From: the human T2T-CHM13v2.0 reference genome, Homo sapiens
Strand: one strand, 5' to 3'
Assembly (NCBI RefSeq): GCF_009914755.1
Contig: NC_060932.1
DNA length: 64,000 nucleotides
Under the pieces are notes generated by a model. The model was not told where the DNA came from, ran no database searches, and worked only from the letters and a program-made list of their open reading frames with translations. Positions 44,091 to 60,351 of this stretch are shown piece by piece (position 1 is the stretch's first letter; every line of letters begins with the position of its first letter). The translations under genes were made by a program, and so were the position numbers.

Positions 44091-45149
44091 CTGACAAATT
44101 AAAATTCCTCTGACACTTCTTCTGTCTCCAAGAATTTTCTCACCACTTGTATGGTTCCAGAGCCACTTCAGTTGGTGTTTAAATATTAATCCCTCATGGT
44201 CCTCACATCATTTCCAGGGGTCTTCTCATGATCTTGTAGGATAGGGAGGTAACCAGCAACTGACAGCAGAAGAGAATGGGAAATTCATTTTCTTGCAAAT
44301 CTCCAGTGCAGGGGGCCACCCCGTGCCTGCCATCTCCCTTAACCGCTATCAGGAGCATCATTTCCCAACCACCAGCTTTGAAGGAAATTGGGTCTCTTGT
44401 TGTGAAACTGGGCTTTCTTCTCTCTCCTTTGTCAACTCTGAATGAGAGAGGGGAAATGGGTCAGGTTAGAGAGAGGAGATGCCTTTTTTGAAGAGGAGAT
44501 CTGAGTGAGATAAAGATATAGATAGCCAAGAGTAAGTGAGATAACAGAGTAGGTGCTCTGGCATAATAGAAAATGCACAGGCTTGGAATTACAGCTGCAT
44601 TCATTCATTCATCTGATATTTATCAAGTGCCTAATCTGTGCCAGGCATAGTTTTACATGCTAGGGATATGGAGTGAAAATATGGTCCCTAGCCTCATGGA
44701 GATTATGTCAGATGACTGCAATTTAGACTCTATAGCTCCCCAGTCATGTGACCTCTGAAAAGTCACTTAATATCTTTGAAGCTCGGTTTCTACTCTGTAA
44801 ATTGGGGTTACTAGTAGTAATTGGGGTAACCAAGCCAACCTCATTGGATTTCTATGGGGTTGCATAAGAAGGTTTACTTAGTTCTTAGCACAATGTCTTA
44901 AACATAGTAGACGTTCCCTTTTTCTCATTAGTTCTCTTCATCCTCACTCTTTGCTCCCCTCCTTGGTAGATTGGTTAGAACCATCTAAATTCCCCCAGGG
45001 CAGCACAGGGCTGTGGATATAGCTCTGCACTGTAGGTTCAGCTGAGTTAAGCCATCCTCAGTTGAGTTGACTGCTACACAGTTTTGTAGCACTCAGGCCA
45101 AATGAAACCATGAAGAAGAAAAGAAGCAATACTTTTTGCATTTCTGTCC

Positions 45150-46950
<1,801 letters not shown>

Positions 46951-47779
46951 TTACAGGACTGAAAAATCATACATCCCCATGTTCTCACATTGGCAAAAGC
47001 TCACTTTCATTTATTCAGTCAACAAATGTCACTGAGTCAACTAGAATCTAGGTCTAGGGTGATGCATAAAGAGACACAGTCCTCCCTGAGCTCCCAGAAC
47101 TTAACACCCAGAATGGGAGATGGGCTGGAATCAGACAGCCCAAGGAATCCATGCGCGATGCCGGCAAGCGCCGCAGAGAAGGAAAGTCATGCTGATGCTG
47201 ATGGGAGACGGCTGATGCTCAGAGGAGGCCTGGCCTGGGCAGGGGTCAGGGAGGGATAGAGACAGGGAGCTGTCACAGAGGCCAGAGGACAGCCCAAGAG
47301 CATTCAGTGTTTCTGGTGCCCTTCCTCCTTCCAGGTCCCTCCCTCCTTCCAGCCCCGTTCCTCCACCATGGAAGCCAATGTGACTTGTGAGCTAGCTGGC
47401 TCCTGAACCGGTGGCAGAACCCCATGGCGATGCAATCATAAAGGGGTGGGGGTGGGTGAGAGGGCAGGATTTCCTGGGGTACGATGCCCCAATACACTGT
47501 GAACTACCAAATGACACGTATATTCTGTGAACTTTCAAAAAAGGATGTGAAAGACTTCTGTGCAAACATTTCACCTGGGATCTTTTCACTAGCAAGATGG
47601 GGAGAAAAAGCCAAAACTGCATTTCTCTCGCCCTCTGGGTCTAGATGTGGGGATTTCTTCTCCTTCCAGATGACAGCCAGGAAGGGCCCCCAATTATTCT
47701 CGAAATAAAACGTGTCGGTCTTTCGAAATGGTCAGTGGGGTGATGTCTGGGTCCCAGGAAAGAAAGAAACATAGGATTT

Positions 47780-48005
47780 GTGCTTTTTGTTGATATGAAG
47801 TTAAGGGGTACAAGTGAGAGTGATTTTGTTACATGGGATACATTGCATAGTAGTAAAGTCTGGGCTTGTAGTGCAACCATCACCCGAATACTGTTTATTG
47901 TACCCATTAAATAATTTCCTATCCCTCACCCCCTTCCCACCCTCCTGAGTCTCCAATGTCTATTATTCCACACTCTATGTCCATATGTACAAATTATTTA
48001 GCTCC
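47780..48005 (-). mobile_element. L1 3' end (old L1PA/L1PB)
   Basis: GGGGTACAAGTG...TTTTGTTACATGG...ACATTGCATAGT...CCATCACCCGAATA...ATTCCACACTCTATGTCCAT. Confidence 0.8.
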
Positions 48006-48024
48006 AGATTTAGCTTTTTATTTC

Positions 48025-48343
<319 letters not shown>

Positions 48344-49582
48344 ATTTGGCTCTTTAAAGGAAAGAGCGAGCCCTGGACTGGGCAGGGTGGGAAAATGGCC
48401 CCAGCTCTCCCTCTGACTTCAGGGAGGGACCTTGGATAGGGGGCTTATGGGCTCCAGGCACCTTCTCTGTAAAATTAGGTCATACTAAGGGAGCTGGAGG
48501 GCCCTTCTCTTTCTGGTATCCCAGGTGGTCTCCCCAGGGGTGGTGGTTGTGGCTGAGGCCCACTGCCTGCTTTTCTGGTGCTCTCAATGAAGTACAGTCC
48601 TGGGGTCCTCTGTATGTGGATGGACTAGGCTGTGAAGTCTATCCGCCCCCCTGCTCCGCTCCACACCCACACACTGCTCTTCACTGATAACCCCGATGAT
48701 GCAGACAGCCTCCCTCAGGAATTTTTCTCATCCTCCTAGTCATCATTTCAGTCAGCCCTGCCCCGTGTGCCAGACAAGCACACTCTATGTGTTCAAAGGT
48801 GATGCACCGATCGTGCCCTGTCTGATGTTTACTAACCAACCTGACTGGGTCTGTGGGTGACAAGGGCAGGCCCTGTTTCCCTTGGATCTTCCTTTTATGG
48901 ACACAAATCGCTGACCTGTCTGGGCAGGCCTGCTCTAATCCAGGTCTGGCCCTGAGCCTCCTGTCATTTTGCTGACCCAGTTCATCATCCTGGAGGCAGG
49001 GCTTGAGTTGAAAAGTTAGAGCCTCAGGGCAGCACCAGGAGCCTGCACTTTCCGGGGCCTCCCCTTCTCTCTCCCCTAGGCTGACCTGTCCTCCCCTCTC
49101 CACTTCCTGGGCGTGACTCACAGGCAGGCCCTATCGGCATGGCAGGTATGTGTCATTTCCTTATGCTGGTGAGACCCAGAGTTTCAGTGTTAGCACCCCC
49201 ACACTGTGGCTCTTCTAGCCCAATGGAGAAGGGCTAAGGGTTTCTAAAGTCGTTGACCTAGGGATTTACTGTTGGGATGAATTTCTCACCTAGGGGAGGT
49301 GTTCTGTTTTTGCTGAGAGATGACTGTGGGGAGCAGGGTTCTCTGCTCCTCTGACACTACTCATCCTCCTTCCCAACACCTGTGGGCCTTTAGCAAAGCA
49401 ACACCCCACCCCCACCTTCACCCTGACCCCAGCAGTGTTTTCTTTCCCCCCACCAAGACTTCCTTGGGGCCCTCTGGCCTTGCCAAACCCCCTTTGTAGC
49501 AGCCTCCCCTTCCAGCAGTGACAGGAGGGACCCAGCCTCGGGAGCCTGTCTCTGAGAGACAGATGCAGGCAAAGAGCCGTTA

Positions 49583-49719
49583 CCATGCAAAATCTAGAAC
49601 TGTTCCCACGTGAAATCTAGAACTTCTCCCACACGAAATCTAGAACTGCTCCCACACGAAATCTAGAACTGCTCCCATGCGAAATCTAGAACCACTCCCA
49701 TGCGAAATCTTGAACCGCT
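49583..49719. repeat. 23-bp minisatellite, ~6 copies (consensus GAAATCTAGAACTGCTCCCAYRC)
   Basis: Units start at 49589, 49612, 49635, 49658, 49681 and 49704 (partial). Confidence 0.95.
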
Positions 49720-50214
49720 GGGTGGAAATGAGGTTCAGTAGGTGCGGCAGTGTCACCTCTCTGGAGCATCTTCCCAAGTCTTTATGACAAACAGGGATAC
49801 CCTCATGGCCAGAGTCAGCTGGGAATTTTTGTGGAAGCAGCTCCTTGGATAGCATCACTCCTGTTCTCGTCATGGTGGAAAATGACTAAAAACTCAGGAT
49901 ATCCCACTGGCCCTGGGCAAATTCCCTCATTGGAGTAGGGACTAGGACAAGGGCCAGCCCATCCTGTCAGGCCAGAGCACTTCTGTGGTCTTCAGCCCAG
50001 TTCTGAGGGCCCCTCTTGAACCAGCTTTTGGGAAGCTTTGAGGGAGAGAGGGGAGCCAGAGAGGACGTCTCGTGAGAAGTGTTTGGAGGAACTGAGGCAG
50101 GTCCAGGGAAGGCCTGGGAGAGCAGAGGAGCTGTTTTCCACTAGTGAAAGGTCAGGAGGTGGAAGTGAGATGGGTTTTGTTCTGTGCATCTCCATGAGCA
50201 GGCCCAGGAAGTTA

Positions 50215-50345
50215 CAGAAAAGTAGATTTGGGATGAATATAAAGGAAGGTTTTTTAATAATTAGAGCTCCGAGCAATGGGACAGGTTGCAGAAATGTTGA
50301 GAGAGTGAGTTTCTCATCACTAGAAGAATTCAAGCAGGAAGTGGG
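50215..50345 (+). mobile_element. CR1/L3 3' fragment
   Basis: GTAGATTTGGGATGAATATAAAGGAAG...CAATGGGACAGG...GTGAGTTTCTCATCACTAGAAGAATTCAAGCAG. Confidence 0.65.
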
Positions 50346-52329
50346 CAAGAGGGAGTGCCCGCATGGTCTGGGATGCAGGGAATGGACTCTGACTGCTCTT
50401 GCTGCTCTGAGCCTCTTGATTCTGATTTGGGTCTACCCCTGCCCTTCTTGCAAGTCCTCCTTTTTCTCATCATGGACCTCCTCCCCGGAGCCAGGCAGAG
50501 GCTCAGGGGCTCTCCCATGTCCTGTCTGAGTAGGCTGCATGATGACTATTGATTGGCTGAAGCCCCAGAAATACCTGCCATGTGCTGGGCTGTGACAGTC
50601 ACTTGGCGTTCCTGGGACATGTTCATGTGAATTCTCACCGGTGGCTTCACCCACCCCCAGTCCTGTGGGCCACGATTACTCTCCCACGTGCTGGAGATGA
50701 GGAAGTGAGGAAATACCCAGGGCGCTGCAGGGCTAAGATTAGACTAGGGCCCGGCCGCCTGTCTTGACACATGCGCACAAGCAGCTCCCCCAAGTTAAGA
50801 GCCTGTGTATCAGCTGAGTCCCAGGGCCTGGGGCTCTCCACACACTCTACATACAAACACCTGGCAAGGAGTCCTCACAACAGCGCTGAAACAGCTGCAT
50901 CAGCGTCCCGTTTTACAGAGAAAGAAGCCAGGGTTCAGGATAGTTGGAAATAAGTCTGTGCATGACTAGCAAGGGATAGAGCTGTGGCTTGTGCTCAGCT
51001 TTGCCCTCTGTGCCACTGACTGCCACCAGAGGCTGTAAGCTGCCTTCCATGCGATGCACCTCAGGCAGCTCAGAGAATGCACCTCAGGGGCTTCAGCCAG
51101 GGCAGTTCGTTTCCATACTCCTGGGTGAATGATGGCCTCCTCCAAGAATTCCAGGTCCTATGCTAAATACAACTGGGAAAGAAGTGCGTAACGCATTATT
51201 TCCAGCTTACCAGAAACCTGGAGCCCCAAAGGGTAAACATAGCACATTTACAATAAGCCAGATGTGCTGAAAAGGGAACAGCAGCCGTGAAGAAAAGCTT
51301 CCTGACGGAGGTGAAACTTGAGGTGGGCTTTACCAAGAGGAGTCTTAGATAGGCAGAGATATGGAGGTGTGAGGCGGGGAGACATTCGCTCAGTACTGCA
51401 GGGACTGAACAGAATTTTGCCATGAATTCTTGAGCTACAGTTAAGCAAGCATTATTGACTTTCCCACTTTGTCTACCTGCATATGAGTGATCCCAGAACC
51501 TTCCAGCCCCACCTTCTCATCCTGACTTGATGAGTGGCCTCACTGACGTCCAATTGACGGGAGAAGATTGTAGGCAATATTCGCTTTTCTTCTAACTGGC
51601 TGTCAATTCCTGTGGATTCCACCTTGGGACATCTTCCTTCATCTACTCCTTTTTCCTCATTATCGCCCCCATCTTGAGTAAGACACTACTTCTTGCCAAA
51701 ATCAATGCATTTGTCACTCGATTGCTGCCCCAGGGTTTCTTCCTGCAAATCTGTCCTATGCATACCTGTGGGTAGTCACCTCTGTAAACCTTGACACTTC
51801 TGATGACATCTTCAGCAAGCCTCAGGCTTTCCTGCAGTTTTGCTCATATACATTCTAAGTTTTTCTGATAGCTTTCAACCCACGTCTTCTTGTTTGCAAA
51901 CCTATCCAGCCTGGAAGGTCCAACTCATATCCTGCCTTTCCCATGAGATGAAATTAACTTTCTTCACCCATGCTGCTCCCCAGACATAATTTCATGTCCC
52001 CTTCGCTTGCGCTAACCACACTGTGCTGCGTGGTATTATTTGATGGCGATATCTGTCTCCCCAACTTGGCTGTAAGTCCCTGGATCACTACTTACTCCTT
52101 TTGTACTCTCTCTCGTCTGCCAACCTGGTGGGTACTCAAAGGTGTTTGTTGAATTGATTGTAGTCACAATTCCCGCAGTTCATCCCTAGCCCGAGGGAAG
52201 GCAGGAGACCCATGACACCTTAATCTTGGCCTCTTTCTTTGGAAAAAGAAAGAGTTTAGCAAGACAGGGACCTGCCTAAGCCTTGGTTTCTTTCCTCTGC
52301 AATATGGCAAAGTCCTGTATGTTTCTTTG

Positions 52330-52510
52330 AGAGACAGTGTGGTGTACTGGTAAAGGAAATAGGAAACAGATCTGCCATTTCCTACCTCTGTGGCACTGAG
52401 AGAGTTCCTTTAATCTCCTATGCCTCAGTTTCCCCATATGTAACATGGTAGAAGAATGATAATACCAACTTCGTTTTGCGGATTAAATGAGTTAACATTT
52501 GTCACCACTC
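52330..52510 (+). mobile_element. MIR
   Basis: GCCTCAGTTTCCCCATATGTAA...GGATTAAATGAGTTAA. Confidence 0.75.
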
Positions 52511-54388
52511 ATTAAAAATACCCCAAAGATATTTATTATTTTAAGGTTATTATGAGTAGTAGCCTGTGCTCCCTCCTAGAGGGCAAAATGCACAACCTTA
52601 AAGCTAGGAGGGCCTGAGATGACCCTGGTGATGGGGACTGTCCCAGCCAGACATTGCTGGTAATTTGCCTTCCTTTCAAGGGCTGTAAAACTGCTCCTCA
52701 GTTATGAAATGAACCAATTAAGGACTTCGGACTTAGCCAGTCCTGACAGAAGCATTTCAAACAGAACCACTAATCATACCTGATGTTTTTATTGTTTTCT
52801 GTTGACACTGCCCCAGAAACATGAGGCTTCTGGCAGCCAGCCCTGGCACACCTGCCTCATCTCTTCATGACACCATGTTTCAAAGAAGCTTCCTTGTCAA
52901 ATAGGAGAAGGACCCACCTGTGCTACTTCCTGTGATTGACAGGAAGTTCTGAAACCCAAAGAAGCAAATCATGGCTCTTGGATCTTGGGGTGGCACAAGT
53001 CACTAGAAAATCTCACTCCATTGCTGATCCTAGAATTAGTTCAGGCTCCCTGAGGACAGATCCACCCCAGTACCTCCCACCCCTTCCATCTCTTCATCCC
53101 CCAGGGGGAGGCTGTCTACTTCTTTTGGGGCTTTGGACTAATCCCCCCAGTTCCCATCTTCTGAGGTTTTGTGCTAATCTTGTTTGTCTCCTATGTGTAC
53201 AAAGCAATCACCCAGGCGACATCCAGCTTCTAGATTTGGGTGCCCAGGGTTCATGTGGTGCCATGTTGGCCTTTGCCTAATTAATTTTAGGAAGTCTTTC
53301 CACCAGCCAGATCATGGTCTTCCAAAAATCCTATGGAGTCAGTTCTAGGCAGAAGCTGAGCAGGCATCTGGGCATGGCAACAACTTCTAGCCTCTTCCTC
53401 TTACCACTTGGCGTCTAGCTCCCAGGCAGGTATTTCCTGAGCCAGGGTTCCTGTGCAGGTCAGTCTTTACAATATGCAAATTTCTTGTGACCCAGCCCAT
53501 TTCCCCCCGAGGGAGGCAGGAAGTCCCTTTTGAAATTTCTGAGCACACACAACAGAGGCTAGGAGAGGACCAGCTCTGAGACTCCCACTCAAGCATGTCA
53601 AGGGGTGTTTGTGGCTGTGTGGCTGTGTGTGGAGAGCAGAGGGCAATGCTGGGCTGGGGCAGGGGAGGGTGCAGAGGAGAGGGTGTGGGGGAGGGAGGAG
53701 CTGCAGCCTCAGACACAGAATTGGACTGAGAAAACAGGATGCAGCAGAGGAGGAGGCTGAGTGTGGTGGCTCGGCTGGCACTGGAATGCTCAATGTGAGG
53801 AGGTAGAAGGTGCCTGAGACCAGGGTCTCTGGAGTTCTAGAAAAGCCTGGGCCTCTTCCATGTTTGGAGTCTCTCTGGATTAAGAAAGAAGAAGAAGAGA
53901 CAGAAATAGCCAAATAGGACAGCAAACATTATGATGTTGTTTAAATGTTTACTTTCACCAATTAATAGTTTTAAACACACACGCACACATGCCACACACA
54001 CACTGACTACATGAATGGACTCATTTGGAAATAATGTCAAGGGCTCTTTGTCCTGTGAGGCCTGGGCCCAGTGGCCATCCTGGTTTTGGGAGCAGCTCTG
54101 CCTGAGAGACCCTCCTGTGGGCATGGTGGCAGCTGGAGGGTGTTCTGGGCTGTTGAACAAAAAGTCCAGAAAGTCCATCTGGACTGGTCCTGCTGGGGAT
54201 GGTGAGGGACTGAACAGCCCAGGTGCGGGGTGTCTGGGCTTGCCCACCTGTCCATGTTTAGCCAAGTGTCCATTTCAACAAGGAGGAAGGTGACAGGCCC
54301 CCAGGACGATGGCCTCTCTCCTCAGTCACCCCAGGTCAGTCCCCAGCAAATGCAGTGGGGCCTTGATGGGGAAAGTCCTTTCAGGGTT

Positions 54389-54784
54389 TGTATCAATTTC
54401 TTTGCATTGTTGTAGCAGAATATCAGAGGCTGGGTAATTCATAAAGAAAAGAGGCTTAATTGGCTCATGGTTCTGCAGGCTGTGCAAGCATGGCACCAAC
54501 ATCAGCTTGGCTTCTGGTGAGGCCTCAGGAAGCTTCCAATCATGGCAGAAGGGAAGAGGAGCTGGCATCTCAAATGGCAAGATAGAAGCAGGGGAGGTGC
54601 CAGCCTCCTTTTTAAACAATCAGATCTCACATGAACTCATTAAACTCATTACATGGGGAAGGCACCATGCCATTCATAAAGGATCCACCACATGACCCAA
54701 ACACCTCCCACCAGGCCCCACCTCCCACACTGGGAATCACATTTCAACATAAAATTGGAGGGAACAAACATCTAAACCGTATCA
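54389..54784 (-). mobile_element. MSTB-like solo LTR
   Basis: GGCTGGGTAATTCATAAAGAAAAGAGG...GGTTCTGCAGGCTG...CACCTCCCACCAGGCCCCACCTCC; TSD-like GGGTT/GGGTC. Confidence 0.9.
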
Positions 54785-55071
54785 GGGTCTCTGATTCCAC
54801 AAGAGCCAGGGGACAAAGCAGGCCCCACGGAATAGGGTGCTGTGGAGTCAGGCCCAGGCTGGCCTGCTTTGGGGATGGGATGGGCCTCTGTGGGCCCAAA
54901 CCCATGCTGCCCTTGTTAGCAGACGCCAGATGGCCTAGGACCGTCCTTTCTCTCTGCCATGGAGTGAGTGCGGGACGGACGGGTGGCTCCTGTTAGAGCT
55001 GATGCTTACATGGGTGAGGGAGGGGAACGGCTATGTCCCCAAATATCCTGCTCTCTTTGCTTTCCTTCCAC

Positions 55072-55410
55072 TGACAAGGACTCCCTCCTTGACCGAACCT
55101 TAGGCAGGCTCCTCTGAGCCCTCTTTTTGGCTCCCCCACCCTGCTCCTTGGCCTGCTAAGCTCCAGAAAGTCCAGCAAGAACTACCCCCTCACCCCCTAC
55201 CCCGCCACCATCACTACCTCACCAAATTCCCCTTGGTATTCATCCCTCCACTGACTCCCTCACCTTGCCCACTGGCTGTGAATCCCCAGCTGTTCCCCTT
55301 GTGGTAGGAATTGAGTTCAATCTCCCTCCCCTATTGGAATAGTCTTGGCCCTATTGCAATAAACTGGAAACAAGGCTTCCTGCCTGATTAACTTCACCTG
55401 GTGTGATTTT
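55072..55410 (+). mobile_element. MER31-like LTR
   Basis: TGACAAGGACTCCCTCCTTGACCGAACCTTAGGCAGGCTCCTCTGAGCCCTCT...GAATTGAGTTCAATCTC. Confidence 0.6.
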
Positions 55411-56203
55411 GCTCCTGCTTACATGTGCAATCACACACAAGCTCTTAACACAGACACTTAGCAAACCCTCTGGTTCCATCCCATTATCTCATTGTCTCTT
55501 CTGCTCCCAGCAACATTGCTTGAAAAGGGTATTCAGGTCCAGGGAGAAGGAAGCCACCTGTCCCACTTGGCCATGGAGCTTCTGTCCAGGAACACTGACC
55601 ACTCTTGCTGGGGCCTGGAGTGACGGCAGGGCCACACTCTGCTCTGTCATGTGCCTGCCCTGGGCCCCGGAGACCCTGGAAAGAAGAACTAGGGCTGCCT
55701 TGGGCTAGGAAGGAGGAAGCAGGGGTGGGCAGGGCGGAAGTGGAAAGAGATCCAGGAGTGTCTCCCCTCTCAGGACCTCTCTCACTCCAGCCCTTGTGAA
55801 GGGCTGTTCTAACCTTGTTCCCTCAGCAGCAGTCTCTGTCATCAGAGGCATTTCTCAGCATCTCTATTTTGGAGCTGCAGCTGGTTGCTTCTCAGAATAA
55901 ACAGAGCTGTGATATTATGTTGAAAGCAGAATGGAATAACATCTCTTCCTTATGCCCTCCCTCTTCCCCATGTTTTCCAACCTCCACTTCCCTCTTCTTA
56001 AAGGCCTTGCCCTAAGACCTCTTCCTCCACACCCCCTGCCCTACAGCTTACCTTCTACCCTCTTATAATCACAGGATCCCTTCACTGGCATGTAGGGGGA
56101 CCTGAGATGACCAGGCCCTGTGCTGGGCCTGGGGGATCCAGGGGTTTCTATCTGCAAAGAACCCAATGCCAAGTGACACAGGAGTTCATGTATTAAGAAC
56201 TTA

Positions 56204-56816
<613 letters not shown>

Positions 56817-57715
56817 TCAGAGATTATCAGAGCTGGTCCAGCATTCTGCTTCAATGAGGCAACTGAGGTCTCCATTGAAGATGTGTTGGGCTCAGGGTCT
56901 CAGAGCTCTTGGGAGTTCAGGTAGGAGCCATAACACTCTGTGCAGTTTTCCTCGTACCTGGCTATATCATTATCAGAACAGCTGTGTTGTATTGAAATCA
57001 GTGAAAGGGAGCTCGATGCTGCAAGAGACAGAGAAATCAGACCATTGTTTGTCTTGGACAAAGCAGATGTGCACTACCCAGTGGATTTATGGACTGAGAT
57101 GGCTTCTAGGAAGAACAGGGCAATCAGAGATGCTTTCCGGATACCAGAGGGTGGGAAGGTTTAATCATTAAGGAGCAAATGAAGAGACATGTATATGTGG
57201 CCACATTCAAGACCACGTTATTAGCTTACTCTTTTGTAAACCAGTAAGTCTGACAGTGTGTGAAGGCCCAGGCATATCACTCACCTCCTCTGTGGTCTAT
57301 CCAGAGCCCTTCCGTTACGGCCTTCATCCTTTCCCTCTCTTGTCCCTTACCTGTGGTTGGTATGATTTCCCTTTTGTAAAATATGCCTAACTCCACTCAC
57401 CACCCATCCTCTATCTGCTGATCTGCTGTGTAGCTTCATCCACATGAGACTCAAGAGCAATGCAGAATGCAAGGACAGGGAGTTCCTGGAAACTGGGTAT
57501 GTTGCCTCACGACCTTCTACCCAGGCCCAAGTGTGGTCAGCCTCATCTTGCTCCGTGGTCTCACTTCTCAGCCTGTGCATCAGACCTTTTTCCCCCTGTT
57601 ACCTGAAAGCAACTCTATGATGAAAAGAGGATGATCTGAGACTTCAGTGGGTTTCCTCTCTTGGTTTTCTCTTATTTTTAAAGAGAAAACTGTGGTGAGA
57701 CTCTCAAGTTAGTCT

Positions 57716-58010
57716 TTTTAGTTTATTTTTATTTTTTTTTGAGGCAGAGTTGCCCAGGCTGGAGAGCAGTGGTGCAGTCTCGGCTTACTGCAGCCTCTGC
57801 CTCCTGGGTTCAAATGATCCTTCCACCTCAGCCTCCCAAGAAGATGGGGCTACAGGTGCTCGCCACCACACCTAGCTAATTTTTATATTTTTAGTAGAGA
57901 CCAGGTTTTGCTATGTTGGCCAGTTGGTCTCAAACTCCTGGCCTCAAGTGATACACCCGCCTCAGCCTCCCAAACGCTGGGATTACAGGCATGAGCCAAC
58001 ACATCTGGCC
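57716..58010 (-). mobile_element. AluJ/S
   Basis: Antisense Alu; TSD-like CAAGTTAGTCTTT. Confidence 0.9.
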
Positions 58011-58328
58011 CCAAGTTAGTCTTTATAAGCCCCAGTGGAATGTCCAGGAGTAAAGCTGTCAGCCTGGGGGTAGCTTGGGCTTGCTGAGCATTGAGGGAGC
58101 TACACAGAGGGCATTCTTGCCGGCTGAGAGAGTTGTGTTGTGAATGCCAAGGTCGGCGGCTGGAGGTGGGCCTGGTTCTTCCATGCACACTGGGAATGGG
58201 CATAGCGTGAAGAATGTGAGTTTTGAACTCAAGGGACTTGGAGGTATGTCTCAGCTCTACCATTTCTTAGCTCTGTTACCTTGGGCTGGTTATTTATTGT
58301 TCTTGAGATTCCATTTTCTCATCTGTAA

Positions 58329-58664
<336 letters not shown>

Positions 58665-59040
58665 AACAGAATCTATTTTAAAGAAGAGTTCACTTCCTGA
58701 TTTCAGGAGTAATCTACTGAGCACCTCGTGTGTGCCAGGCACCGATCCAGGCAGAGGCGCATGGCCTGGGAAGTACCAATATGACGCTTGAGCTAGGGAC
58801 ACTCATATGTTCTGCAAGGGGAACAGGGTGTTATGTGGATTGCATAAGAAAGCATATATGCATTGCTTAACCCCATGCCTGATACATACAAAGCACTTGA
58901 TAAACAGTAGTTGCTATTGTGACTATATTCAACACTAGAAATATGATATAAATGTGGTCAGTGAGCCAGAAGAGGAGTTTCATTTGATAAAATCTTCAGT
59001 TTCTTCCTCAAAGGCGTAACTGTCTTTTAATTAAAGGGAG

Positions 59041-59488
59041 TGTATTAGTCCAAGTTCCCCAGAGAAACAGAACAGACAAGATGTAGAGATGTCTATAAAG
59101 AGATTTATTATAAGGAATTGGCACACAGGAGTATGGAGACTGGCTAGTCCCAAGATCTGCAGTCGGCAGGCTCAAGACCCAGGAAGAGTTAATGTTTCAG
59201 TTTGATTCTGAAGGCAAGAAGAAGCTGGTGTCCCAGTTGGAGGGTCCTCAGGCAGGAGGAATTCCTTCTTACTCAGCAGGGGGGTCAGCCTTTTGTTCTA
59301 TTTAGGCCTTTAACTGATTGTATGAGGCCCATTCTCGTTAGGGAGGTCGATCCACTTTACTCAGTCTACCAACTCAAAAGCTAATCTCATGCAAAAGCAC
59401 CCTGACAGACTCACCCAGAATAATGTTCAACCAAATATCTGGGTACTCCATAGCCCAGTCAAGTTGATACAGAAAATTAACCATGACA
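59041..59488 (-). mobile_element. MLT2 (ERVL) solo LTR
   Basis: TGTATTAGTC...CAGAGAAACAGAAC...GAGATTTATTATAAGGAATTGGC...AAATTAACCATGACA; perfect TSD GGGAG. Confidence 0.9.
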
Positions 59489-59609
59489 GGGAGCAATGGC
59501 CAGAGGACATCATAGTTGAGATAGCCTAGAGGAGAGCTGAGGACACCTGGGCTGTGCTGGCAACCACCCTGTTCTGGAGGGAAGGGTAACCCTAGCTGAG
59601 GTTGGGACA

Positions 59610-59950
59610 GAGGATGCAAACTAGTGGTCCTGGAACTTGATCCAGTCCAAAGATGTGTTTTTGTTAGCTTATACTGTTTTGCAAATCTGCACTAGCATTT
59701 AAAGATTAGAGAGTTCATATACAAAGTCTAAATTTCCACATAGACATTTCCAAAGTCTATGTGGCCACTTCAAGTCTTCTCTTGAAAGACTAGAAGTGGC
59801 CACATAGAGGTCAAGCATCCATTCTCATAAGGCAAGCATCAGCTGAACCCAAGCCACAGCTGCCCCCTTAGCCCAGATACCCACTGGCCTATCGGCTTAG
59901 GCTCCACCAGCCATGCCTGATGGGCTTCACTCATGCAAGTTACCACTGCT
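59610..59950 (+). mobile_element. MER102-like hAT element
   Basis: AGATGTGTTTTTGTT...ATTTCC...CTTCTCTTGAAA...CAGCTGCCCCCTTAG...GCTTCACTCAT. Confidence 0.6.
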
Positions 59951-60351
59951 GCTGCTTTTGGAGAAAAGACACCCAGGCCTAAACATCAGGGTCCTGCCCC
60001 TGCCACAGTGGGGAGCCCATGGCAGCAGCATGCTGTGTTCTCTCTGTGGGAGCACAGCAGGGAGGCAGCATGAGTCTGTGTTCAAAGCACACATCAGACA
60101 TCTTACTCCCTAGTCCCCACACAGACTTCTCCAACAAGCTGCTGTCTAAAGTGTTCTCCCTGACCAGAGTCTTCACATAGTTCTTTGCCTGGGGAGGGGA
60201 CTTGGGTAGTGGTGGGAAAACTCTGCCCCCTCCAACTAGAAAGTAGCTAAACAACTGGAGAGAATTGGCCTTGGGCAAGCAGCTAGGAGAGGACCCGTTG
60301 CTCCTCCCTGCCTCTATATTGTGTAAGTTTATCCCGACATTTAAAACTTAG

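Noticed and set aside
49583-49719. CRISPR-like appearance of the 23-bp repeats
   Set aside because: Units are contiguous with no unique spacers, there are no cas genes, and the DNA is primate
50038-50529. 163-aa plus-strand ORF
   Set aside because: Spans a decayed CR1 fragment; not PYK2 sequence and no splice support
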